Origin: Histomonas meleagridis 2922-C6/04-290x
Lineage: Eukaryota; Protista; Parabasalia
DNA length: 64,000 nt
Reading direction: 5' to 3'
Assembly (NCBI GenBank): GCA_020184695.1
Contig: JAANOX010000177.1
Span: 60,117-124,116, forward strand
Made by a program: the position numbers and the translations under genes. Below the pieces are notes generated by a model. That model saw only the letters and a program-made list of their open reading frames with translations. It had not been told where the DNA came from and searched no databases. Every line of letters starts with the position of its first letter. The stretch's first letter is position 1. This document shows, in pieces, positions 44,198-54,800 of this stretch.

Positions 44198-45697
44198 ATG
44201 CGATACTCTTCATTCAAACACTTTCTTTTGACTCCAATAAGTATTCATAATTCCCAAATTGAGATTTCACAACATCAAGAAATCAGATCTAATTTGGAAA
44301 TCAGTAATACCAAATTTTCAAATTGTAAAGCTTTATCTGAAATGCTAAATGAAGGTTCTGGTGGTGCTTTATTTATATACAACAGCAATGTCAAAATTTC
44401 TCAATGTGTATTTGAAGACAATTCAGCACTTTATGCAGGCGCTATAAATGGATATAAAAGTTCAATAACAATCGAAGAGTGTTCTTTTACTAACAATGAA
44501 GGAATTAACGATATTGGTTCAATCTGGTCAATGGGCGAAGATCCTAAAAAACATGAACTTCATATAACAAATTCAAACTTTACAAATAACAAAGCAAATC
44601 GTTTTGGTGCTATATGTTCGAACTATACAAATTTAATGATTTCCAATTGCTTATTTGAAGGTAACAGAGGAAATGAAGCAGTTGGAGCTTTAGGTATCAT
44701 TGGAAGTGAAAGTGCTACAATTTCATGTACATCATTTATTGGTAATACATGTGGAAGATCTTCTTTTGAAGTTCCTTCGCCTACAATATGGATACAAGAA
44801 GATAAAGGAAATGGATTTAAGTTGAATCTAATTGGCGTTTGCTTCTTCGGTAATAAAGAAGATAACTCAATATTAAATGGAATCGCAATGTACACACAAA
44901 AGCAAACGCAAATAAGTTTAATTTATAATGAATTCGTTTGCTTCGATGGAGACAAAGAAAATTTCATCATGAAAACTGACAAAATCGTTTTAGAGGAATC
45001 CGGAACGGAATACATGCGAAGCAACCAACAAACCCAAAATGAATGCATCATGGAAATATATCCTCCAAGCGAAACATCAACAGAAGAAGAAAGTTCCACG
45101 TCATCAAGCCACGAAACATCCGAATCGCCAAGCTCATCGAGTGAATCATTAACCGAATCAAGTTCATCACATGAAGAAATCTCTACGTCATCTAGTGAAA
45201 CATCACAGACATATAGTGAAATAAGTTCTTCCAGTGAACTAAGCTCTGAAACATCACAAGCATCGAGCGAAGAAAGCTCTGATTCATCAACAGGGTCAAG
45301 TTCGTCATCCAGTGAAACAAGCTCTGAGGCATCAAGCGAAGAAAGCTCGGAGTCGTCGAGCGAAGAAAGCTCTGAAGCTTCGAGCGAGGAGGCATCGAGC
45401 CAAGCGTCATCGCCTGCGCAAAATCCCGACATAAGCCTTCCGCTCGGACTGGGAATGGGTCTAGGACTTCTCCTGCTTTTACTTCTGTTACTTCTTTTAT
45501 GCTGCTGCTGTAAGAAGAGATGTCAATGCTGCAAATGCTGCTGTAAGTGCTGCTGCAGATGTAAGAGAAGGAGGAAATCACAGAAAATTAGTGAAACAAA
45601 TAATTATATCACTGAAGTGTTCATTGATGACAAAGTTGATTTTGATGATTATATCATATTCAATAACCCGAAATTTGTAAGACTTGATCCACTATAG
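44198..45697 (+). CDS. Polymorphic membrane protein (Pmp)-like surface protein with Ser/Glu-rich stalk, TM and Cys-rich tail
   Basis: GGAL/AGAI/FGAI and FxxN repeats (FEDN, FTNN, FEGN, FIGN), Ser-rich stalk, TM and CCCCKKRCQCCKCCCKCCCRCK. The frame is open upstream to ~44018 without an ATG, so the true start is uncertain. Confidence 0.8.
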   Translation: MRYSSFKHFLLTPISIHNSQIEISQHQEIRSNLEISNTKFSNCKALSEMLNEGSGGALFIYNSNVKISQCVFEDNSALYAGAINGYKSSITIEECSFTNNEGINDIGSIWSMGEDPKKHELHITNSNFTNNKANRFGAICSNYTNLMISNCLFEGNRGNEAVGALGIIGSESATISCTSFIGNTCGRSSFEVPSPTIWIQEDKGNGFKLNLIGVCFFGNKEDNSILNGIAMYTQKQTQISLIYNEFVCFDGDKENFIMKTDKIVLEESGTEYMRSNQQTQNECIMEIYPPSETSTEEESSTSSSHETSESPSSSSESLTESSSSHEEISTSSSETSQTYSEISSSSELSSETSQASSEESSDSSTGSSSSSSETSSEASSEESSESSSEESSEASSEEASSQASSPAQNPDISLPLGLGMGLGLLLLLLLLLLLCCCCKKRCQCCKCCCKCCCRCKRRRKSQKISETNNYITEVFIDDKVDFDDYIIFNNPKFVRLDPL

Positions 45698-45989
45698 AAT
45701 GTGAATGATTTTTGTTGATCTTTATATCAGTAAAGGAATTTATAAATTCTTTTATGTATTCAAGAATTAGTGAATTATTAAAACCAAAAGAAATTTATTT
45801 ATATCGCATATTAAAGATAAACTTTAATGTTGCTTATTAATTGATTTGCGAGGAATATTTTTTGAATTTGAGTTTAATTCAAGAAAAGAAAAGCAAAAAT
45901 TCAAAAAAAATAAAATCTTTTTATATTAAAGTTAAAAACATTTTGTTGTAGGTTTTTAAAAATACGTTTAATTTGTACGTTAACTATTG

Positions 45990-46418
45990 ATGAATGGAGA
46001 AATACAAAAAGAATGGGCTGAATGGGCTTTTAATAAATACTCTGAAAATAAGCAAAACTTAAATAGACATCAAATGAAATTGGCTGTTATTGCGTTAACT
46101 GGGATTAAACCAAAATTAGATAAGTCAATAAAAGAATTCACAAAAGAAGACTTGTTAAGTTTTTTACAGAATCTTTCTATGAAGTCAATTCTTGGTGATG
46201 CAAATTCTTTTTATGATAATTTTGATAAAGATGGAAAAGGTTTTGTCCAAATCGAAGATTTGATTGATGTAGCAAAAGATAATAAATCAGATGCAAAGAT
46301 TGAAATAATTACAGAAGCGTTCGAAAGGGTTGATCAAGATCATGATGGAAGAATCCCATATGCAGATTTTTTATCTGTTATTAAAACAGGATTAGCTCAG
46401 TTAGGGGTACCCCAATGA
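45990..46418 (+). CDS. EF-hand calcium-binding protein
   Basis: Two EF-hand loops: DKDGKGFVQIED and DQDHDGRIPYAD. Confidence 0.85.
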   Translation: MNGEIQKEWAEWAFNKYSENKQNLNRHQMKLAVIALTGIKPKLDKSIKEFTKEDLLSFLQNLSMKSILGDANSFYDNFDKDGKGFVQIEDLIDVAKDNKSDAKIEIITEAFERVDQDHDGRIPYADFLSVIKTGLAQLGVPQ

Positions 46419-46465
46419 GCGGCCGTTTGTCGAACAAGTAACAAAAAGCGAAAGATCATATTTAC

Positions 46466-47209
46466 TTATGCTTCTGTGTATCCTTCCTTATTTTCATCGA
46501 TAAATACATCGTATTTTGTCTTCCTCCAAAAGAATGCTGCAACAAGGTAGCCAATAAATAAACCGGCAAGAACATCATCTGTATGGTGTCTAAAATCACG
46601 AATTCGTGTGGCACCAATCATCAAAGCCAAAAGAATGAATAAAAGTCCAACAAAAGAAGAAACAGCAGGAAGTTTCTTGCAAAAATTTTGAATAAAACAT
46701 CCAACTAAATAAAATGTTGACATTGATGTTGATGAATGCCCAGATGGCCATGACTTGTATTGGTTATCTCGTGTACTTTCCTTTACATTTGTACAGTCTT
46801 TGTGTTGCGTGTTATTCCCACATACTGCATAAACATCAGGACGAGGGCGTCCAGCATATCTTTTAAGAATTTCGGTGACCGACAAATTGTTAGCAGCTAC
46901 AATGACAAAAACCCAAATCAAAGTGAAAACTCTGAAATCTACAAAATATTTTGGCAAAAATTTCAGTAATACGAGTGCAATAATCAAAATAACAATTGAA
47001 ATAGATATACAAAGAAAGTTAAGAAGCCATGTTGGAACAATGTGGTGATCTACATGTGGAAACATTGAAAGAGAATCATTTTCAGGCACATATAATGGAT
47101 ACATTTTCATGGCAAATTGAATAATAACATAAATAATTATTGACACAACAGCGAGAATTAGATTTGGAATGTCTAATTTTTTAAGAATCAAATTCTTTTC
47201 CAAGGGCAT
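46466..47209 (-). CDS. PAP2 family lipid phosphate phosphatase
   Basis: All three motifs present (KRYAGRPRP, SWPSGH, TRIRDFRHHTDDVLAG) plus TM helices. Confidence 0.93.
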   Translation of the reverse strand: MPLEKNLILKKLDIPNLILAVVSIIIYVIIQFAMKMYPLYVPENDSLSMFPHVDHHIVPTWLLNFLCISISIVILIIALVLLKFLPKYFVDFRVFTLIWVFVIVAANNLSVTEILKRYAGRPRPDVYAVCGNNTQHKDCTNVKESTRDNQYKSWPSGHSSTSMSTFYLVGCFIQNFCKKLPAVSSFVGLLFILLALMIGATRIRDFRHHTDDVLAGLFIGYLVAAFFWRKTKYDVFIDENKEGYTEA

Positions 47210-47468
47210 TTTATGGGTTCAACTTTTTATATATATATTCAATTTTACAATTTTATGTTAAACCCCTTTTAATATAATAAACGTTCTTGATTTATGCGGT
47301 TAAATTTAGTCATGAACGATCAATTTCAACACAAAGACAGATTTAAATCATAATTTAAATTTTTATGTGTTATTGAGTGACTTAAATAAAACCAACAATT
47401 AGAATTGTTCAATTTATTAATTTTTCGTGATGTATCGAAAATCACCATAAGGAAAACCACAAATAATG

Positions 47469-48135
47469 GTTGATATAATATAATTGTTTTATGTAAAAAT
47501 TATTCAACATATGCTTCTAAATTGAAGTTGCTGATGTAATAAGATTAAATTCAATTTATTTTCTATTTTTATCAAAACTTACAATAATTGCATTTCAAAG
47601 ATAAAATTGAAATGCATTATTTTAATGAATAACATAATTCAATGATCAAAATTCTTCTGATTTTTATTATAAAGAGTATACATTAATTTCATTTATATCT
47701 ATTTTATGTTTTTGTGATGTTTAAAAAATGTTTTTCGATTCACATGTCGCATCATTATATTTAAAATTTGTTGTTGCTTGAATGGAAAATATCTCTAAAA
47801 TGTACGAAAAAATTTTGATAAAACCTTATAAATACAAAATATTGATTGTATTCTATTTAATAGTACTTCAAATTTTAAAATATCATTGTAGAATTTTTTG
47901 TAACAAATCGAAATAATATCATATGAAAAAAAATATTCAATTATAATAAAAATATTTCAATATTTTGATAATTTCAAAAAAATCAGTAAATTTGCGATTT
48001 CAATTTTTTTACAAAATTGTATTTATTAAGGTACCTCTGTAACATAGAAAAAATTTGGTTTGATTTTATTAAGGATAAGGTTCATTTTTTGGGAGATTTT
48101 TTTTTTTTGCTTACACTACTCTCACACCTATATAT
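47469..48135. repeat. Dispersed non-coding repeat, copy 2 (inverted relative to 1161-1917)
   Basis: Reverse-complement matches to copy 1 along its length. Confidence 0.85.
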
Positions 48136-48365
48136 GAGAAACGTGGCCTTAGAAATCCTTGAATTGAGCCAGAAAATGATGAAATTTTCTTCTCATCAAA
48201 AATTTAATATTAATCTTTGTAATATAAGAGTCATATCATTATGTTTTATTTTTGATTGATATCATTAACCTACCAAATAAATGAATATCTAAAAATGCAA
48301 AAATTTTCTCTTTTGTCTATCTTTAATTTGGTTGACTACATTTCAAATAACATGTCAGTGCAATA

Positions 48366-49772
48366 ATGGGAAAGACAAGGCGCAATCAAAAAGGACGCAA
48401 AAATCCCAATACAAAAAATCAAAAAGGTAAAGGCAAAAGTAATAACCAAAAACAACAACAACAATCAAGCAATCAATGCACACATTTCAAAAAAATAAAT
48501 GAAAATGACGTTCGACGTTTATTTGGTACAAAACCATTTTGCAAAGCCTTAAGTGGCAAGCATCTTTCTGGTCAAGAAAATAAGGTATTATCAGGATTAT
48601 ATCCTTCTGTTCAATGGTATCATATCGAAGATTTGTATGTTTGTTTAATATGTGGTCAACCAGTAGATGGTAAGCACTATGATTACCATTTTAAAGATGA
48701 TCATTGTCTTGCACTTTCTGTCGATAATCAAACAATAACATGTACAAATTGTAATGAAGAATTTTCAATTGAACCCAATTCATTTTGCGCAGAACTCCTT
48801 GGAATAGAAAAAATTGTAACCCCATTAACAGCTTCAATGTCATCTTTATCACTTAAGAAATCAGCAGAAAATGCACGTGGACTAATTAATTTCGGAAACA
48901 GCTGTTGGTTAAATTCAACTCTACAAATGCTTGTACGTCTTCCTATTTTCACTGAAAATGTCAATGAGGAGTTTCCCATTTCAAATGCTTTTAATCAGAC
49001 TCGAAGAGATCTTTTACAAAATGGAAAAGCATTACGACCAACCACATTTGTTACAGCATTTAATGCCAAAATAGACTTCCTTGATGTCTATGAACAGCAT
49101 GATGCTTATGAGTTTTTGATTCTTTTCTTGGATTGCATCAGAGAAGAGCAAAACGGCACATCAAGAGGCCTCAATTCAAAAAGTTTGGAAACCGTTTTGG
49201 GGTGCCTCAACACAAAAGTCGATTCGATTTTTGGATTTATAACGAAAACAAAAGTGAAATGTGAAAATTGTTCAGCGGAACATTTTATATATGAACGAGT
49301 AGCTGTGTTATCATTATATATTCCTTTTGGTGCTGGTGTTCCTACAATTGAAGATTGCATTAAACTTTATTTTAGCGATTCATCATTAGATGATAAAATT
49401 GATTGCGATGAATGTCATGAACAAGCTGAATGTACACTTACGCCTATGCTTATGGATGGTCATATGCCAAATGTATTATTGATACATTTGGCAAGATTCA
49501 AATATGGAAAAAATGGAATTACCAAAAATAACACGAAAGTCATCTGTCCTGAGATTCTTGATTTTGAACCAATTTTTGACATAAATGTAAAATATAAATT
49601 ATTAGGTTTCATTTCACATTATGGAACACTGAATGCAGGACACTATACATCACTTGCAAGGGTTGGAGATGTCTTTTATTTGTTTGATGATGAATCTGTT
49701 TCATTAATTCCGATTGAAAAAGGGATGCAACTTCAGCCATATATATTGTTTTATCAAAAAATCGAAGAATAA
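48366..49772 (+). CDS. Ubiquitin-specific protease (C19) with N-terminal zf-UBP-like domain
   Basis: GLINFGNSCWLNSTLQ, QHDAYEFL, HYGTLNAGHY, FDDE and YILFY; CLICG...HCLAL...CTNC zinc finger. Confidence 0.93.
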   Translation: MGKTRRNQKGRKNPNTKNQKGKGKSNNQKQQQQSSNQCTHFKKINENDVRRLFGTKPFCKALSGKHLSGQENKVLSGLYPSVQWYHIEDLYVCLICGQPVDGKHYDYHFKDDHCLALSVDNQTITCTNCNEEFSIEPNSFCAELLGIEKIVTPLTASMSSLSLKKSAENARGLINFGNSCWLNSTLQMLVRLPIFTENVNEEFPISNAFNQTRRDLLQNGKALRPTTFVTAFNAKIDFLDVYEQHDAYEFLILFLDCIREEQNGTSRGLNSKSLETVLGCLNTKVDSIFGFITKTKVKCENCSAEHFIYERVAVLSLYIPFGAGVPTIEDCIKLYFSDSSLDDKIDCDECHEQAECTLTPMLMDGHMPNVLLIHLARFKYGKNGITKNNTKVICPEILDFEPIFDINVKYKLLGFISHYGTLNAGHYTSLARVGDVFYLFDDESVSLIPIEKGMQLQPYILFYQKIEE

Positions 49773-49916
49773 AAATATATTTTAATGATAATTTTATGAT
49801 TTTATTTAATAAATATACTTAAAACTCAATGTGTACGTTTAAAAATTATTGACGACCGTTTAATGTGTATCGTGTTTTAAACGTTTAAAGTTTTTTGTTC
49901 GTTAATTTGATTTTTA

Positions 49917-50828
49917 ATGCCTCCACGCAAAGCAAAACAAAGTGAAAAACTAGAAAAAGAGGCAAATGAAATGGAATCTATAATGGCAATGCTTAGGGAA
50001 CAAATTGATGAAGAAAGGGCTAAAGTTCAACCAAAATCAGGTACAAGATGGGCAGCAGCAGCGGAAGGTCCAATTGGTAAAATAGATACAAAAGGCGCAT
50101 TTGCAAAGAAGCTTCTTAGTAAAAAGAAAACTCCTCCAACTCAATCACCAAAAAAATCTCCTAAAAAAAGCATGATACCAGTACGCAGAATACCAAAAGA
50201 AAATCATCCTCAACAACCCCCTGAGCAACCACGCAAAATAGAAATTGTTGTTGAGCCACAAGGTGGGAAGCTATGGGGAAATGTAATGGTTGATTCAGAA
50301 ATCCAGCCAGACAACACCACAAATCAAGGAGGTTCTCTATGGGGACCTCATCCTGACGAAAAAGAAGAAGCAAAACAATTCCAAGAAGAATTAAAACGAA
50401 TAAGATCAGATGAACAAACCAAAAATAATGAGGAAGAAGAAGAAATTCCGCCAAATGGATCAGGTGGAGCTCTTTGGGGTCCTCATCCGGATGAAAAAGA
50501 AGAAACAAAACAATTCCAAGAAGAATTAAAACGAATAAGATCAGATGAACAAACCAAAAACAATGAGGAAGAAGAAGAGAACCCACCAATTGGATCAGGC
50601 GGAGCTCTTTGGGGCCCACATCCGGATGAAGAAGCAGAAAATTTGGAGTTTCAAAAAGAAATAGCAAGAATCAGAGGAGTGAAAAATCCACCACCTAAAT
50701 CACAGTCAGTTACAGCAAATATTGTTACGACCAAACATTTGAATCCAACAAGTTTCACTTATTTTGATCTTCTAATGAATCGCGACATTTTAACTGATGA
50801 AACTCAGTTAAAGAAACGCGATAAATAA
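49917..50828 (+). CDS. Hypothetical protein with three 45-aa tandem repeats
   Basis: The GG(S/A)LWGPHPDE unit recurs at 50331, 50466 and 50601 (135-nt period). Confidence 0.7.
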   Translation: MPPRKAKQSEKLEKEANEMESIMAMLREQIDEERAKVQPKSGTRWAAAAEGPIGKIDTKGAFAKKLLSKKKTPPTQSPKKSPKKSMIPVRRIPKENHPQQPPEQPRKIEIVVEPQGGKLWGNVMVDSEIQPDNTTNQGGSLWGPHPDEKEEAKQFQEELKRIRSDEQTKNNEEEEEIPPNGSGGALWGPHPDEKEETKQFQEELKRIRSDEQTKNNEEEEENPPIGSGGALWGPHPDEEAENLEFQKEIARIRGVKNPPPKSQSVTANIVTTKHLNPTSFTYFDLLMNRDILTDETQLKKRDK

Positions 50829-51499
50829 TACCATTGAATATGTTTTATTAATAAAATTTAATTTAAATCATTTAACACTTTAAATGACATAAATGTAATA
50901 AATTTCATCTAAATAGTTTAGAATTTTTGTTTCCATTGCATTTGGAAATCTATAGTATACTTTCTCTTATTTACACTCGGAACAGAGAATTTCTTTGTCA
51001 TATGTTAAACAAAATTTGATATCAAATCCAAAGACTTTCTTTGAACATCAAGAATATTATATTTTGACATATTTATATTTTATTTATCAAAAAACAAGTT
51101 TTGGAATTTATCAATTGATAAATCATAATTAGTTTAAGCCAAGCACACTGCTATATTTAATGCTGTTGTATTTAATATTATTAAATGTATTTTGTCAATA
51201 AAAATTTCATTTAAGGTGTTAAATTTCATCAGGAAGCTAATAACATCAAATGCTTTATCGAATACTACAATTTTTAAAATGTTCATTAACATTTAATCAT
51301 GAAATTCCATTTATAATTTGAGAATTGTTTACAATAAGTTCAGAAAATCTATATATTTTCTTGAACATACATGTTCACATCATTAATTCTTTATGGTTTT
51401 TTTCAATATGTTTATAAAATGCCAATACACATTCATGATTTGAACGTATTTCGTACTAGCGTTCAACCAAACCATACTTAGTTACATGTATCACAATGA

Positions 51500-51871
51500 A
51501 CTTTAAATTTCATAAATTTTAATGTTTCACAAACACTCCAAAAGTTATCAATTCGTTGATATTTTTTCTAATTCATTTAAATTTCATACATTTTAATGTT
51601 TCACAAACACTCGAAAAGTTACCAATTCGTTGATACTTTTTCTAATTCATTTAAATTCCATACATTTTAATGTTTCACAAACACTCGAAAAGTTACCAAT
51701 TCGTTGATACTTTTACTAATTCATTTAAATTCCATACATTTTAATGTTTCACAAACACTCGAAAAGTTACCAATTCGTTGATACTTTTACTAATTCATTT
51801 AAATTCCATACATTTTAATGTTTCACAAACACTCGAAAAGTTACCAATTCTTTGATATTTTTACTAATTCA
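51500..51871. repeat. 74-bp tandem repeat, about 5 copies, overlapping the BEACH stop codon
   Basis: AATGTTTCACAAACACTC at 51521, 51595, 51669, 51743 and 51817. Confidence 0.92.
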
Positions 51872-54800
51872 TATCTCCGACCGCGTCCAACGGGTAAAAC
51901 ACCAAAGAGAATTCTCCCTTTTCGTACCCGACCACCAATATTTCGCTTTCCTGGTGGTAGTAAATTGCTGCTATTTTCTCATTTCCCTGGTAAATTGTTT
52001 TAGTCTTATCCAAAGTGTAGCCGTCCACCAACAAAATTTCGTTTTGATCCAAGAAGAAGAAATAATCGAAACAATTTGAGTCGTATACAGCGTAAATATC
52101 TGTAATTGTTTTGAAGAACGTCACCTCGTTAATTAACTTTCCATTAATAGTATATAATCTTACGAAAGTTTTCTTATTTTCTTGTATTGTATTTGATTCA
52201 TTATAACATATAACGCATATATTACCCATACATTTTGATATTACAACACTTTTTGGCACGCAATTATTTTCTAAGTTTAAATCGATTGAACGAATGAAAC
52301 TTAAAGTTGGCAATTGATATATAGTCATTTTACCATCACGTGAACAACTTACGACAATACCAAAGTTATCATCAATAGTTACACAAGAAATAGTATCATT
52401 ATGAACAACTGATTGACGTAATACTACTGCGTTATAATTTTTGATTTTCCATAATACTACTGAAGCATCACAACCACCAGTTACAATGAAATCTTTCGAT
52501 GTACTAATACAACTGACTGCTGCTATATGAGGACGTTGATTACATTTTATGATTTTCTTTTTATCCAAACTACAAAATGTAATACTATTACCATCATTTG
52601 ATATGAACACAAATGAGAAATATTTCTCTAAATATGATACATAACGACTATCTAATGGGAAATATATATTTTGTGAGATAATTCGTATGTTTTTAGTCTT
52701 CGTACAGATTACATTACCATTTCGATGGACTGAATATATCTTTAATGAATCAGAAATATTATTTAAATCAATTTGCATAAATAAATTTAACACTGGATAT
52801 TCATATTTACCAATGTTTGTAGGTATTAATGGTGTTTGTTTTTGTGATAATGAATGACGTTGTGGATGTGGATTACTAAATATTTGGATAGGGATTTGTC
52901 CACAAGCTTTTCGTACTGTTTCTGTTTCATCGATTTCATCAGGTCCAATATTATAATTAATATACATTGCAGGATCAAATAAATTATTCGATTTCTTGGC
53001 TTCTTCACCTGATTGTTTATATCCCCATATTAAATCAATCCAATTCGATATCTCTTTACCACATTCTTCACTTTCTAATATACGAATATGTTTTTGAATA
53101 AAGTCATAATGTGATGTAGCCCATTTAGGTATAATTACATCATCTACATATAATCCATTAGCTAATATACCAAAATTAACTTTATCATTATTACATAAGA
53201 AATCACTAAAGAAGAAAAATTCTGGTGTTAATTCTCGACAATTAGATTGATTAGAATTAAATAATATTTTCTGTGATTCAATGATCGAGAAAAATTGGCG
53301 ATTTGGATTATCAAATTTACCATCATGAAAACGAATATGTTGTTGTGTAAAAGGTTCTAATCGTATTAAATAATATGTAACTGCTTGTAAATTAGAATAA
53401 CATGAAGAATATAAAAATAATTTCTTTGCTCCTATTTCTTGTGATTGTTGCATTTTACGTTTACAACTTTCTAAATAATTAGGATTCATTGCGCCTATAG
53501 GTAATTTAAAGTCTCGTAATCCTTCTGTTAAATTTGGTTCTTCTTCATAATCTTTTAATACCCATGGAAAGATTGGATAACATGACATATTATTAAATGA
53601 TCGACCACTAAACATATTTAATGCAATTAAATAATCAAATGTACTCATCGAATGGTCTAACCAACGTTCCGTGAATTTTAATTGTCGGAATTCTTCATCA
53701 GAAGATTTAGTTTGGATAAAGATTTTATTAGGTAATGGAATTTTTGTTAATTGTGATATTATATATTTATGATCTTTCCCTGGAAATGAAAAGAAATATG
53801 AATGATGATTATTTAAGAAGATTTCAATTGAATTCGGACGTAATAATTCCCATCGATAAAAGATATATAATACTGAATCGGATTTAATAAATAATTCTTT
53901 ACCTTGATTATTAATAAAATTATATCCTTTATTAAGTATCTTAAATATTCCTTCTTTACGATTCTTAATTGTAATTTTAATACATTCTAATCCTTTAGGT
54001 TTATTCGATTTTAAGAATTTCTTTTTAGTATTCTTAGAATTATTTTCATTCTTTTGTTGTTTGTTCTCTTTAAATTCAGGGAAATTATTTAAGTTATATT
54101 TAGGTGTAAGTAATATTGGTCTAAATCGATAATCAAAGAATGTTGATGCTTTATATTTACGTTCTGAACTTAAAAAGACTTTAAAGAATGGCGATTGTTC
54201 ATTACGAAGCTTTTGACATAATGAATACCAATCATTATTATTACCAAATGATAAATTAATTTTATTAAATTGTGAGAATTTTTGTACATTATTAAAGAAG
54301 TTAAGATTAAAACTTAAAATAAAATCTTTTGTAGTTTGATCTATAACTATAGGTTTAGGGATAGTTGAATAAAATTGATTTAATAATTCTGTTGTTTCGA
54401 TAAAATATTCTAAATTTGGTATCTTTAAGTTTTCATTTGGAAATATATTTATTAATTCATTTTTATTAGGATTTAATGAAAAGTTTAATATTATTGGTTT
54501 ATAATTAATATTTGGAAATCTATTAATAACTTTTAATAATATTTGATATGAAGTTTTTATATTAAATTTATAATTTGTATAATAATATAAAAATATTGTT
54601 AAATATTGTTCTGTTATTATATTTGTTTCATTTTTACTTTGTTGTTCAAATATTAATTGTAATAATAATTGGAATATTTTCTCTTCTGCCCATTGATTAT
54701 TTTCGATTAATAATCCATATTCATAAGATTCTTCTGTTTCATTATAATTTAATATATAATTATATATATCAATAAATGTAATTTTAGTTTGATTAAATGA

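Noticed and set aside
50950-51480. Possible degenerate coding or TE remnant between two convergent genes
   Set aside because: Frequent stops in the frames examined and no diagnostic motif or termini.
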